A DNA stretch of 63,998 bases, the filler included, from Hyphochytrium catenoides (Eukaryota > Protista > Hyphochytriomycota), in NCBI GenBank assembly GCA_900088475.1. It is 14 parts of 14 records of this genome, joined end to end, with 100 filler letters (N's around TTAATTAATTAA, not from the genome) between each part and the next. Parts side by side here need not be neighbours in the genome. Positions count along the whole stretch, not along the records: positions 20,433 to 28,245 come from FLMG01000924.1; positions 28,346 to 33,508 come from FLMG01002794.1; positions 33,609 to 38,019 come from FLMG01003851.1; 11 more parts are not named here. The stretch is one strand, 5' to 3'. The notes below the pieces were generated by a model. It made no database searches. It was not told the DNA's origin and saw only the letters and a program-made list of their open reading frames with translations. Every line of letters begins with the position of its first letter. Position 1 is the first letter of the stretch. Of the stretch, positions 23,925 to 36,995 are shown one piece after another. The translations under genes were made by a program, and so were the position numbers.

Positions 23925-26900
23925 TCTTCGAAACTCAACCGCAGGACATTGAAAGACAAAATGTAGAGCTCATCAAACTCTCTCAATCAAATCCATCCCG
24001 ATTAGGTACCTTGAGGAACGGTATCATCTCATTATTAGCTTCTAGGTCAGTTTTTTTATAATTATATGCCGAATCATTCGATCGTCAGAGATCAGCTCAA
24101 AGAGAGAGCACTTCTTATTGAATCCAACTTCGGTACGGAGAGTGTTGACAAAGAGGACACAGAACTGGTGAGTTTGTCTCCCAAACTCCTGGAGGAGAGC
24201 TTGAAGACGAAGATAGTCGGCCAAGTCCTTCACCTAGACCGAATCACCCTCCCAGAGAAGTGCACCGGTAAGTTGTATAGCCTTTAACAAGCTCCTGCCT
24301 CTCTTGGCTAATGAGGCCTCCCAGACAAGAGGCTGCAAACAGAGTAGTAGCAACCATCATAGCATTGTACGGTCCTAGAGTTGTTGCGTGCAAGCAGGCA
24401 AAGAGAGAAGTAGAGTCTTCTTTATAAAAAATTCTGTCGAAGCATGAAGAAGAACCTGCTTCCTTTCCTCTTCAGCAGTTCCTTTTTCCATCATCTCAGC
24501 ATCTCAGAGGACCCAGTCGCAGAGGAGAAGGGTGAGACTGGAAGCAGTTCCTCCGCTTTCGTTGAAGCCATCGACACCCATCATCTCACCGAGATTACCG
24601 CCGTCGATTTGTTCATCGATCGATATCTCATCTTCTATTTAGAGGCCAGCAGCAAATACTCTCAGCTTGGTTCACTCCTTGAATCTCTTGAACTTGTCCA
24701 CGTATAGATTTTGCAGTATGGTGCTAGGTTGTCCCAAGGTGTGTAAACTCACCGAAAAGTGAAGGTGAAGGTGCTCAACCTGGGTGAGCACGTGAGCACA
24801 CCTCCTCCCACCAACTGAGCACACCCAAAGTAGCCCCTAAGGACGAGAACCTGTAGATGGGACACCTGTGCGCGCATAGGTGCTACAAAGACGACGATAA
24901 TAATGACACAACTATTGACGTACTGGAGCACCAAAATAGAGGGGCTAAGGGCCTGTGCCAAGTTGGGAGATGCAAATGACACAACCCCACTGTAGAAGAA
25001 TTCTATTATTTATCCTTGCTTGTTGTGCGTCTTCTCAGACAAGAGAGCCCTCCTGCTGCTACACAGCATTTGTATCACTCTTATTAGAACTACATGTGAT
25101 GATGAAAAAGACGCAGGTGCTCCTCCTCCTGGTAAGCTGACGAGGATAGATAATAATAATAAGAAAAAGACCGCCCGCCAAAGATTAATAGAGAACGAGG
25201 TATGGTGTGCGTCACAAGCTTGATTCATACTCCGTACAACAATGACACTGCTACCGAAGAATAGTAGTGTATCGGCCCTACGGACGACTTCCCAAACATG
25301 CCGTCAATCAGAAGCAACATGTGAGAGAGACGGCTATTATGGTGATGTTTACAGTATGATGAGCCCGCAGTAGTGATGTTTATACTAGAGCAGGCAGTAG
25401 TGTCAAAGAGAAGGTCGAATAATGCACCTTCTATTGGTTGACTCAAAGAAGCTCACCTACTGACCGACGAGCGAGGAACCTTCCTTTTGGTTGTTGTTGT
25501 TGCCTCTTCTTCCCCCTTCTTCATCTTCTACAACGCTCATCATCACCACTGGACCGGCACCTTTATCATTGGAGGGTGATAGAACACTCACAACGTTTGA
25601 CTCTCCCTCCTCGTCAGCTCCTCCTCCCTGCTTCGTCGCCGCTTCTTCTCCGTGTTACCTATGAGCTAATAAGGAACTTGGCGTGCCAAGAAAGAAGGCA
25701 GCAGCGTGCAGATGAGGCAATTCTTTCACAACCAAATGCACAACAACCACAACGCGACGACGTGATGATGAGTCGGCGGCTGTGATTCTTCTCCTCTCCT
25801 TTTTTTGGGAAGAACGGAACAGCCGCCGCCCTTCTGTTGCCGTGCAGAAGCAGCCCGAATATCATTATAAGCATAATGGAGGCCTNNNNNNNNNNNNNNN
25901 NNNNNNNNNNNNNNNNNNNNNCATCAATAAAAAAAAACTTCATTATAAGCAAGCAGCTGTAGCTTTTGGATGGGTGATGCGAAGAAATATAATAAGAATA
26001 CTGCGACTGTGTGGAGGAGGAGCCACCAGCAGGTGTAGAAGTAGGCTTTGCAAGCAGCTCAGTCCAGAACAATGCCACTTTGCGGGTATCAAGTGGCCTC
26101 CATAGCGGATCACCTGGACGAAGCACTACTGGATATCATCATCATGTCCATCCTTCACGAGATGGACTGATGACGATCCTCCTCCTGGTCTTCTGCTGCT
26201 GCTGAAGATCACACATAACTAATGACTTCTAGTACTACCGCTGGCTAATATCCCTCATCAGGTTGAACAGTTATTATTACACGGCGCTGGCAAACTGTAC
26301 GCACCGCCCTTTCCTCTATTTCAGAATAGTTAATATTTGGACGAGTGACACGACGAGTACTAACTAATCAACGAATAGACTGTGAACGATTTCATCAGTT
26401 TGGTTGTCCATAAATACATCCGCTTGATCTGTTAGCAGAAGTAGTACAGAACGAAGATCATCACTCTCCGATGCACCACCAGTAAGACTGATTGACATGC
26501 AGCAGCTGGGGTTGCATAAAAAACTTGTTTGTGCAACTGCAGGGCCATAGTCATCCCTGTGTTGCTTCAATCAGTGGCTAGGCTCATCAACCGCCCATCA
26601 TAGCAAGCTGGGTTTACTATCAACGAGAAGGGTCTACTCGGGGCGGTGTTGTGTGTTTGTAGCGACAGCTGCTGCCGGGAAACGAACGATAACAACGCAG
26701 GAGATCATAGTCGGAGGTACTACGACTAACTACTGCTGCTGCTGCGACGATGCGATGTCCCTGAATAAATGACCGACGCCCAAGGGCATTTACCTATAGT
26801 ACCTACTAGCTCTTGAAAGGAGGCAGGAAGGGGGAAGGATAGATGGAAAGAGGATGCTGCCGTTTACCGGCGGTCGACTCCTCGTACGGTCCGTCCTAGT

Positions 26901-27138
26901 CGCAAAGGCTAGTGATCTCTCTTCAGAAGCCAACCTACCTCCTGACATTTAAGCCTGTCAACCTGTGCTCGAACTAGAACCAGCGCAAAACAACCCTTAA
27001 AGGGTTACTAGGAACTAGTGTGCGTTTCTAATAACAGGAACTGATCTGCGGTCAGTGATAATCCCTTTCCCTTACAAAGGGGTTGAGCTTTCTAACGGCT
27101 TTGACACATCCTCCTCCTCCCAACTTTTAGCGTCAAAT

Positions 27139-27357
27139 ATGCCGGGCAAAGGAACTTCTTCCTCATCTTCAGCAGCCAGAGGAGGAAACCAGAGCAGAGG
27201 AGCTGCAGGAGGAGGAGGCAAGGCAGCAGCAGTACATCGTGCCAATCAACTAAATCCAAATAATCCCGCCTACAAGGCCGCCCAAGACCACCGCGCAAAG
27301 CAACTGAACCCCAATAATTCTCTTTATCACAAGTGCCGTGGCGGCAAAAGTAAGTAG
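27139..27357 (+). CDS. 72-aa intronless protein with two HRAxQLNPNN repeats
   Basis: MPGKGTSS..HRANQLNPNNPAYKAAQDHRAKQLNPNNSLYHKCRGGKSK*. The two repeats differ mostly at synonymous sites (CTA AAT CCA vs CTG AAC CCC), indicating coding constraint. Confidence 0.8.
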   Translation: MPGKGTSSSSSAARGGNQSRGAAGGGGKAAAVHRANQLNPNNPAYKAAQDHRAKQLNPNNSLYHKCRGGKSK

Positions 27358-27773
27358 AGATATGGCTCCAGTCCTCCCTCCAAAGAGTAACTCTTGTTGA
27401 GAGAGGGGGCTAAGTAAGGAAGAATCATATCTGAGGTCTTGGCATCCCTACTATGTTGAGCTTGCCTTTCGATATATACTTCAACTGAGATAAATACAGT
27501 CCGACCTATTAGCAGCACTCCTGCATTATTGGTAGTCCAAACTGATGAGGGAAAGAAAGGCCTAGACTTGCTGTCAGTTCTCTCGACTCTCCGTGGCGTA
27601 TCTTGAGACTCTATTGGGGTCTTTCCGTCTTCAAAGGGGGACGTAGGATGATCTTCCCATACCGATCGATACTGGTGTCTGCCGGTCTTTCTACTAGTAG
27701 AAGAAGGACGGACCAATGACCTCTTTACCAGGAAAGGAATGAAGATCTGTAGACTCATTGTAAACCCCGCCCT

Positions 27774-28040
27774 TCACTCTTGTTGGGTATCCTTGTCTAT
27801 CGGCTCTATAATAAACCACATTAGATCGTTCTCAGCGTCATATGCTGCATCTCCTAGCTCTTCCTTTGCCTTCTCTACGGCCTTCTTCCCAGCTTCTGCA
27901 GCCGAGGCTTGAATAAGTTTGGCAGCACTTTGCATCCTGGCGGCCGAAGGAGAGAGCTTATACCCATTGCTTGGTTGCTGATCTCGCTGCCCATCTCTTC
28001 CCGCTTCACTAGGATCTCGGGTGTTGTCTGCACCTTCCAT
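27774..28040 (-). CDS. 88-aa hypothetical protein
   Basis: Open, non-repetitive, helical-looking ORF MEGADNTRDP..AAEAGKKAVEKAKEELGDAAYDAENDLMWFIIEPIDKDTQQE*; no family recognised. Confidence 0.45.
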   Translation of the reverse strand: MEGADNTRDPSEAGRDGQRDQQPSNGYKLSPSAARMQSAAKLIQASAAEAGKKAVEKAKEELGDAAYDAENDLMWFIIEPIDKDTQQE

Positions 28041-29803
28041 GGCCCGTGGGACTACCTCTGCGGCTTGTATCTTCGTCTTCTTCCTCCATTTTTTGGTGAA
28101 TACGAACACGGATGTGGCCTTGTGTAAGCTCGCCTGGGCTTTCGTCGATTTGAACTCTAGGAAGTTCAAATGTACCGTTCTTTCAAGGTGTAGAATGACT
28201 CTTGCCCACTGCAGAAGATACGAAGCCTCAGCCTTTTCTGAGAAGNNNNNNNNNNNNNNNNNNNNNNNNNNNNNNNNNNNNNNNNNNNNTTAATTAATTA
28301 ANNNNNNNNNNNNNNNNNNNNNNNNNNNNNNNNNNNNNNNNNNNNAGAAGGAGGAGGAGAAGGAGGACCACCATCATAGATGGGGGAAGGAGGAGAAGGA
28401 GTTGTACTGTACACAATCTGCAGATGTGAAGACGTGCCAGTACCGAAATTAGTCCATGAACTGATCTTTGGCCCAAACTAACCTGATTAATCGAATCAGG
28501 AAAGAGTAAACCATCTTCCGAATACACCAAAACAAACAAAGGGAGCCGGTACGGGCAGATTATGGTGTGCTTTTGAGGGGTCGAATAATCACCAAGTCTA
28601 CAAATCTTATTTGCCATTTGCCACCATTTTGGCAATTTAGCCAAGGTTGTAAATCAACATTCGCGCAAGATTGCGTCAAACCTTCGCTCCTCGCAACTTT
28701 CGTCCTTGGAGGGTTAAGAAGACCTCGTTTCATGCCGTGATCCTTCTCTCAAGCCGATGCCCTGGTCGCATACCGCCAGAGCCGGAGTAGAAGAAGTAAG
28801 AGCCTAAGAGCCAAGCATGCACAAGAAAGAGGTTGCTAGCATTGTCAGCGGCATAAGCTATCGTTTAAGCTTTTCGAGCTATTGACCCTGTGCCAGGGAA
28901 CCTGCTGATTATGATCCCTTCTTAGTTGCCCTCGATTTGGCGTGTGTACCCTGCCCAGTGCCTCAGCAATCGCGGATGATGGACACTACTTTCCAAGGCT
29001 CGCCGCTCACCAGGTCTCAATTGGCTATCAGGTCCTAGCAACCTTTGCCGAGAGTATTATATGACTGGCGGGACGACATCGTTTGGCACCTCGATGTCGA
29101 CTCATGACTATCAGGAAGAAGGGAAGGGCTGTCCAGACATCAGTAGTAGTGGCTCCTAATCGTGGTACTATGCACACTGAGCAGACATTCCAGCCGACAG
29201 TGAGGTCCCTTCTTTGCCCAGGTACAGAGGACCGAATCCATGAAAGGGATCACTTAGAGAAAACGTAAAGGGACGTGGCTTCTCTCGAGCTCTGGCCGCC
29301 ATCAACAGACATCCAGCATCTTTTTGAGTCTTGAGAACGAAGGAAGATGCGGACCATCGTCATGAGAGTGTGACCTGTGCAGATGAAGCAAGTCAGGCAG
29401 CCAGACATCTCTCTCTTTCTTTCCTCTTGATGAGATCTTTCAAAGGCAACCTCATAAATAGATGCCTGGTGCTTCATCCGTGCGATGGATTGTCCAGCAA
29501 GGAGGAGACAGGATTGACGATGGATGATAGCATGATGACTCAGAAGCAGCTTGCGTTTCTCTTTACCCTCTGCGATGCTCGCGTGAGCTGTCAGGAGCAG
29601 AGCTTTGAGGCTTGGTCGCTGCGTCTGTTGAGCAGCTGCCAGCTCATCTCAAGTCATTGATCATCAATCTCTTGAGGAAAGCAAAGAGAGACGAGGGCTA
29701 GGGAAGAGAAAGAAAGAAAGAAGGGTAGGAAAGATAGGAGAGAGAGAGAGCAAGAGCCAGAGCGAAAGAGACAGGGGAATAGTGAGAGAGAGAGAGAAGG
29801 AGG

Positions 29804-29835
<32 letters not shown>

Positions 29836-30847
29836 GAGAGGCAGAGAGAGAGAGACAGACAGAGAGAGAAAGAGAGAGAGAGGTCTGGCCTAGTAGCCAG
29901 TAACGGTCGATTCGGAGATGAACAGAAACTTCTTGAGTTGATAGACAGCAGGGAAGTGTGCTAGACAGAGTAGCAGGATGCCATAGTTATCATCCCTCAG
30001 GCTTCCGTAGAGATATGGCCCAAACGCCACAATGCAGGAAAAAGAACAGCTTGGAGGCTGCAGAAGGGAAGGAGGGGAAGGAAGCGAAGGAACAAAGGTC
30101 ATTCCACAGGGCGGAATATCCTCGGGATCCTTTATCTTCTATGCAGGTAATATGGGTCACAGCCATAATACCTGTCAGTTTCTGTAAATGTACCCAAGAA
30201 GTCTTGGCATCACCTCATTGGCCAAAAGTTACCATAACACGGCTAAACAAGCCAATCAAACGCCAAGAAAAACTTTAAAGGTTTTTAGGGTTACGGTTTA
30301 TCCATGCGTGACCCATTATCCACAAAGTATGGATCTTAGTGTTAAGGCAGATACTAATAATGGGTGTCTGTAAAGGGTATTATGGGTGAGGGTACGGAAG
30401 AGGATCTGGTCAGAAGAGACAAAAGTTTCTCAAAGCACTGCCACTTCCAGACTTCGAGGTGACCTCCATGTTCTCTCTCTCTNNNNNNNNNNNNNNNNNN
30501 NNNNNNNNNNNNNNNNNNNNNNNNNNNNNNNNNNNNNNNNNNNNNNNNNNNNNNNNNNNNNNNNNNNNNNCTCTCTCCAGTCTCTTCATCGAGGTCTGTC
30601 AGAGAGCATTGCTGCCGCCCATTCCCCTCGTTTCTTGCTATTCGCGGTTCTCTGTCCTCAGTTCTTGAGAAGGCCAGCGCCGCGCCATCGGAGCCTCACT
30701 CTTTCTTCTCTTCTCCTGTCTCTAAACCGGGAGCCGGTGCAGCAGACAGGAAGTCCCATAACCATTTTTCCTCCACAGAAAGCTTCGTTTTCTCTCTCTC
30801 TTATATTCTCCTTTCGCTCTCTCTCTTTTGGTGCCCTTTCACAAGCG

Positions 30848-31448
30848 ATGGCGGAGGGCTGGACATCGACGCAGATCTTGGAGGCGATGCTCCAGGAGTC
30901 AAGCTTTTATGGAGGAAAGACGCTCGGGGCATCGGAAGAAGAGGAGAAAGACCGTGCCAGAGGAGGAGAGACTGGAAGGAGAGATGCTCCTTCTCTTCTT
31001 CTGGCTGCTTCCTCTCCTCCCTTCTCCGACTCGGACGAGTTCCTCTCTGTCCCTGATGACAGCGAGTATAACGCTCTACAGCCGGCGGGAGAGACTCTTG
31101 ATGGAAAGAAAGAGCCGCCTTTCTTGGACTCAGAAGAAGAGAGAAGAAATGGAGGAGAGAAGAGTGAGGTGGTCCATAGGCTGCTCGTGGAGATTGAGAA
31201 GGCTGGCAGCGTGCGTCACGCTGTGAACGTCAGGGATCTAGAGGTTGAGCCCGAGCCTGCTTCTCGGCTCCTTGTTAGAGGAGAGGGAGAGAGAAGAGAG
31301 AGAGAGAATGGCTCTCTTCTCTGTGGCATTTGCTTTGAGGATCTTCCTTCTAGCCAGATGGTCACGATGCCCTGCGTTGTGCATGCTTACTGCGAAGGTG
31401 AGAAAGCGAGGGGAGGAGGAGAGAAGGGACAAAAGAGCACACACACAC

Positions 31449-31486
<38 letters not shown>

Positions 31487-33456
31487 GGGTTAGTGGTGAG
31501 AAAGAAGGGAGATAATAGAGGACAAAGATGTTGGAAGTCACGTTCCGCCTGGCCCTTGTAGAATGCACCTTGCAATACGTGGAGGGAAAGATTAGGACGC
31601 GTCAAGTGAGCGCATGTGCGTTGATNNNNNNNNNNNNNNNNNNNNNNNNNNNNNNNNNNNNNNNNNNNNNNNNNNNNNNNTCTCTCTCTCTCTCTGTTCC
31701 CCCCCTCTCTGCCTCTCTACCATTTTGGTAGTTGTCTTTTGTCTGTCTCTGCATATTTGCCCTCTATCGGTCATCGGATCCCTCGCAGCGTCTTCTCTTT
31801 CTTTCGCTGTGCTTTTGTCCGTCCGCTCGCTCCGTCATCTCTCTCTCTCCTCTCTCTCCGTCATCTCTCTCTCCTCTCTCTCTCATCTCTTTCTCTCTCT
31901 CTCTGTGTCGGCAACTGCCAGTATTCCTCTTCTTCTTCATAGCTCTCTCCTCCCAAACCTGACCTAGTCCTTTCTTCTTTCTAATTCTCTCATCCCTTCA
32001 TATTTATGTGCACAGCTTCCCTCATCTGCCCTGGCGATGGCTGCAACGTCGCTCTTCCTGAAGAGGAAGTGCTGAGAATCATTGGACATGATGCCGCGCT
32101 GACTGATTTATATGTCAGGTTCATGGAAGAAGCCGCGGTTCGTATATTCTTCTCTTGCGTCCTCGTCTCTTCTCTCCTTCTTCTTCTCCTAGCTTGGTTG
32201 GCGATGGGCCTCTCTCTCTGTGTCATTCTCCCTCTCGGCTCCCAATACACCGCGTCTCTCTACCTCTCTCTCCGTCTTTACGTCCGTTCTCTCTTGTCCC
32301 TCCCCCTCTCTCTGGCCTTCTTCTCATCCGTCTCTCTCTCTCTCCTCTCTTCGACCTTCCTAATTCGCTTCTTTCTCTCCCTTGCTCCGTCTCGTATCCA
32401 GTTCACTCTCTCTCTCTCTTTCTTTTCTTGCCCTTTCTGACGGCTTGGCGGACTTTCTCTTACTACCTAAAACCCGATCTTTGAACACGCCTCTCCTCTC
32501 ACGCTTTCTTCGTCTTTGCGGACCTAAAATCCCAGTTGTCAAGGTTTTTCTTACTCTCTCTCTCTCTGCCTCTCTCTCTCTCTCTCTGCCTCTCTCTCTC
32601 TCTCTCTGTGTGATCTGCAGTACGACGCAGATCCACTGGTTGTCTGGTGCCCGAATCCTCAGTGTTCTGCCCCTGTCCGGCGGACTGACTTCAGAGAGAA
32701 GATGATCGAGTGTGGCAGCTGCAGAACCAGGTTCTGTGTGAGATGCAAGCAGACGCGACACGGAGGACTGCTTAACATCTGCAAACAGGTCCTGGCCCGC
32801 CGTTCCTCATTATCCCCTTCTCTCTTCCCCGTGTCTTCTCTCTCTCTCTTTGCTCTGTCCTTTCTGTCTCTCTCTCTCCCTCTCTCTCTCTGCTGCTCTG
32901 GGTCATGCCCTCTCTCTTGCTCTGGTCACACTACCTCTCTCTGTCTCTCTTCATCTCACGCCATCCGTCGTCACTCTCTCTCACTCTCCTTGCGCTGCCC
33001 GATGGTCGCTGATCCTTTCTTTAGACCTCTTCTCCTCAAGATAGCTCTTCTACTTACGAAATCTCTGCCGCTTTTAAAATAGCTTCTTCTGGCTGACCGA
33101 TTGTGTCCGCGATATCCGCATCTCTCTTCCTCTGCTTCTTATATGCACAGCTGCATTCTCCCGAGCTCTTCTTCTCGTATGCTGCCATTCGTTCCTCTGT
33201 CTTTTCTGTTTCTCTCCTCTCCTCTTGTCCCGGGAACCTCTCTTTCCTATTAGGTTGCTTACCTCTTTTCTTCCTGCCTCTTTCTCTCTCCCTCTCTTTC
33301 TCTCGCGTGCATGCACCTCTGGATCTCTCACCTTCAGAAGCGAGACGCAGATTTTGAAGCTTGGAAGCGTGCTCACTCGAGCAACAGACTTCGCTGGAGG
33401 GTGGACGGCGTGAAGCAGTGCCCACAATGTGGGATACACATCTGGAAGAATGATGG
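30848..33456 (+). CDS. RBR (RING-IBR-RING) E3 ubiquitin ligase, 3'-truncated
   Basis: Exons 30848-31397, 31562-31605, 32016-32137, 32621-32788, 33338-33456. RING1 CGICFE..MPCVVHAYCEEC..LICPGDGC; IBR WCPNPQC..CGSCRTRFCVRCKQTRH..C; RING2 start KQCPQCGIHIWKNDG. Confidence 0.93.
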
Positions 33457-33687
33457 GTAAGACAAGGCATCGTGGGAGGAGAGAAAGAAAGAAAGAGAGA
33501 GAGAGAGANNNNNNNNNNNNNNNNNNNNNNNNNNNNNNNNNNNNNNNNNNNNTTAATTAATTAANNNNNNNNNNNNNNNNNNNNNNNNNNNNNNNNNNNN
33601 NNNNNNNNGTGTGAGGAGGGGAGCCACCATCAAGAGAGGGTCCTGGCTTTCAAAAATGATAGCCGCCAAGAGCCCTGGTGGGCCGTT

Positions 33688-33852
33688 CACAAGGCTCCTG
33701 CTTATTACTCGGGCTGGCCGTGACAAGGCATCTTCTTGCAAGCAGCTGTGGGCAGTGATATCTCGTTCTTCACAAGGCTCTTGCTTGTGGTTCGAGCTGT
33801 TCGTGAGAAGGCATCTTCCTGCAAGCAGCTGTAAGGTTGTGGGCAGTGATAA
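33688..33852 (+). repeat. Imperfect tandem duplication of about 83 bp
   Basis: cacaaggctc.tgctt...cgtga.aaggcatcttc.tgcaagcagctgt..gggcagtgata twice. The motif ctgttcatcacctgtacaat is also repeated at about 33868 and 34626. Confidence 0.75.
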
Positions 33853-35561
33853 TGAAGAAGGGACGAGCTGTTCATCACCTGTACAATCAGGTGAATGCGC
33901 TGCATTGGGAGGATCGAAGATGACGCGTCCCGAAATGCTACCGTGCCGTGCGTGCTCGTGACGCGTACAGGGCAGGTGATTGCTTTTTTCATGGCCGGAG
34001 GATGCCGCTGCCTTTGATTAGGAGAGCTGTTCATGATGTACGTCTGCAAGGAGGAGGAATAGGGGAGGCTAGACCCAGAGTGTATCTCATTTACTTGTGG
34101 AAAATAGGTGGGAGTGGTGGGTTCTCTTTCTTTCTCGATCACTTTTCCTGTCGTCTCTCGCTTCTGGCGCTTTCTCTTCTTCTACTCCCAAGACCTCACT
34201 AGTTCTCGGGCCCTTTGTGGGGCTGGCTGGTTCTCTTCGTAGGTGCTGCTACTGCCATTTCCTTCGTCGCTGAACATTTGCATTGTTATTTCCTCTCATC
34301 CATTTGCCTGTGTGACTATTGTCTTCTGCTCTTTCGCTAAAGTAACTCTGCTGCCGCAGGACGAGGAGCAGAGGAGGAGGGAAGCGACCATATATAACAC
34401 TGTGGGGCACGTGTATGACGAACGGAAGGGCGACCAGCGTGCTCGTTTAGAGGCTAATGATATGCATATTTATGATTGTAAACAGTAGTTAAGCGAGTCT
34501 GATTTCCCTTGTGAGAATCTGAGGAGTAAGGCATATAGGAGAACCAAAAAGAAAGCAGCTGTGACTATTGACGTGGAGAGGTTACCCGTTTCTCAATAGA
34601 CAGTGATCTTCTGCAGCATGGCCACTGTTCATCACCTGTACAATTCAGATTGAAGGCGATGCGTTGGGTTGATTGCATGCTCGAGCAGTAATCTGAAGGA
34701 ATAGCAGAGAGGTGAAGAGGCGGGGGGAACGGGATAGCTCCTCCTTCTCCTGGTCTCTTCTTTGGCATTTCTTCCTTCTTCTTCTCCATCTCTTTTCCTC
34801 CTCTTTTTCTGCTGCTTATCTTTCTTCTGCTTCTTCTTCTTTCCGTTTCTTCTTCCATGAACTCTTCCTTTGAGCGCCGGAGCCGCTTCTGCTTCTTCTT
34901 CTTCTGCTGCTGCTGCTGCTGCTCTTCTTTTCTCCTCCGTACTTTTCAGGTCTTTAACATAACAAGAGACTTATTTATTGTGTTAGCATGTTTAGACAGA
35001 CAGAGAACAGAGCTTTTGATTGCCTGGTAGCTCCGTGAGGGGGAGCTCTTTAAGCCTAACTGAATGTCAGGCCAGTGCCTCTATTTCTTTCCCTCTCCAG
35101 CCAAGAACTCAATCTTCTCAAGACATCAGTCTCTACCCTTAACTCCAGGGCCAGCTGTATAACCTAATCAGAGGAGACGGACTACTCTCGTTATCTCTTT
35201 CTTCCTCTTCGGACTCTGAGACAAACGAGGTGAGACGCATCAGCTGCTAGCGGGACCTCGCTCTGGGCCGCGTCCTCAGCATCTAAAGGACCTCTTTGGC
35301 TGTCCCTTCATGGAAAGGGCAGAAAACGTTAATGCTCACCTCTCCATGCATTCTTCATAGTCGAGTTGTTGGCCTTTGTTGGTAGGAGCTCTTCGCCAAG
35401 AAGTTGTTCCCTTTTCTGGCTGATGATGATGAGTCACTCTATGTTCAGTGAGGGAAGGAAAGGAGAGTCACAGCCGGGCATCTTCTCTCTTTTTTGTTCG
35501 TGATGATGGAGGGAAGAGAGTGAGGAGTCCACCACGACTTGTAATCCTTGGCATTGTCATT

Positions 35562-35636
35562 TTCTTCTTCTTCTTCTTCTTCTTCTTCTTCTTCTTCTTC
35601 TTCTTCTTCTTCTTCTTCTTCTTCTTCTTCTTCTTG
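35562..35636 (+). repeat. (TTC)n microsatellite
   Basis: About 24 perfect TTC units. Confidence 0.97.
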
Positions 35637-36995
35637 GACCTGCTGCTGTTATCTATGAAGACGGTGTGTCTCCAGTTGCAGCCTTTGTTTTCGTCTTGCC
35701 CTCCCGGCTTGTTGTTGACGACGCTTGGTGTTTGATTCTCTCTCTCTCTGTCTCTCACTCTCTCTCTCTGTGTCTGTCTGTGTCTCTATAGCCTGTCTCT
35801 CTCTCTCTCTCACTCTCTCTCTCTGTGTCTGTCTGTGTCTCTATAGCCTGTCTCTCTCTCTGTCTGTAGTTCTGTCCCTCTCTCTCTCTCTTTCTTTCCC
35901 CCTCTCTCTCTCTCTCTCCCTCCTCCTCTCCCGTACCCAACCAAGCATCTGCAGGGGATTTCACGGTTCTTCTTCTCGAATTAGCTCTATGATGGAGTGT
36001 AAAGAAGTCGACTTTTCTTCTTCTTCTTCTTCGTTCTTTGGTTGTCAGTTTTATGGTGGGAAGAAGACTGAATGAGTGTATTTCCTCATTTGGCCACTTC
36101 TGTTTCTGTTGATGCTAACGTTCCCTTTGGCTACTCTTTCTTGTTGGCCTGAAAGCAGCCCCTTCACCTCACCGTGTCAGGCTCTTGCAGCCAGCGGTGG
36201 AGACGGCAATGGCATGAACATCTCAGACTGTTTACTTTTTCTTCTTATCTATTGAACTTCTTCTTTAGAAGAGCGCGCCACCACCAGCACCACCGCAGAT
36301 CTGAGTAGTAAGTGTGCACTGACTAGCTCCTGGGTGGCTGCCAAGCTTCTCGACCCGTTCACGCCCTTCCATGTACTCTTTGCCTGTGTCATCTTTTATA
36401 CAAAAATGTATGGACGATAGGGTCTGAGCTCCTAGTCCTTGCTTTCTCTTTCTTCTCTTCTTCTTCTTTTTCCATATCTTCTCTTGCAGCGTCTTCTCTT
36501 GCCATTTTCCTTCTGGGGCATCCCTGTCCCCTTCCTCTCTTCTCCTCTCTGTTTCTTCCAATTTCTCTCCCTGTCGGTTCTTCTTGTTTCGTCTTCCTCC
36601 TCTCGACCTGTTTTCCTCCTCTTCTTCGGCTGCTCTTCGTCTCCTCTTCTTCTTCCTTCGACCTCCTTCCTCCTCCTCTTCGTCAGCTCTACGTTCTAAT
36701 CTATCTCTTTCTCTACTGAGGTTTCTTTGCTTCGCTCTCTTTAGCCTCTTCTTTCTCTCTTTGGCCACTCTTCTTCTCCTATTGACCGGCGTTCGAACAG
36801 GCTTACTCTTCTCGGCAGGGAAATAGATTAGCTATAAATTAGCTATAGATATAGTAACATCTAACGCTCCACGAAACCTCACCATTGCTAGGCTCTTTCT
36901 CACTTTTTGTCTTTGTGTCTTCTGCTATCCTCTCTCTCTCTCTCTCTCTCTCTTCCCTTTCTTCACTCTTCAACTGTCAAACTGCTCTCGCTAGA

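Noticed and set aside
28950-29070. U-box-like peptide AIADDGHYFSKA..NWL
   Set aside because: Flanked by stops and lacking the rest of the domain; too weak to call.
35448-36768. Poly-Lys/poly-Phe and Glu/Arg-rich ORFs
   Set aside because: Driven by (TTC)n and low-complexity sequence; no domain or splice support.
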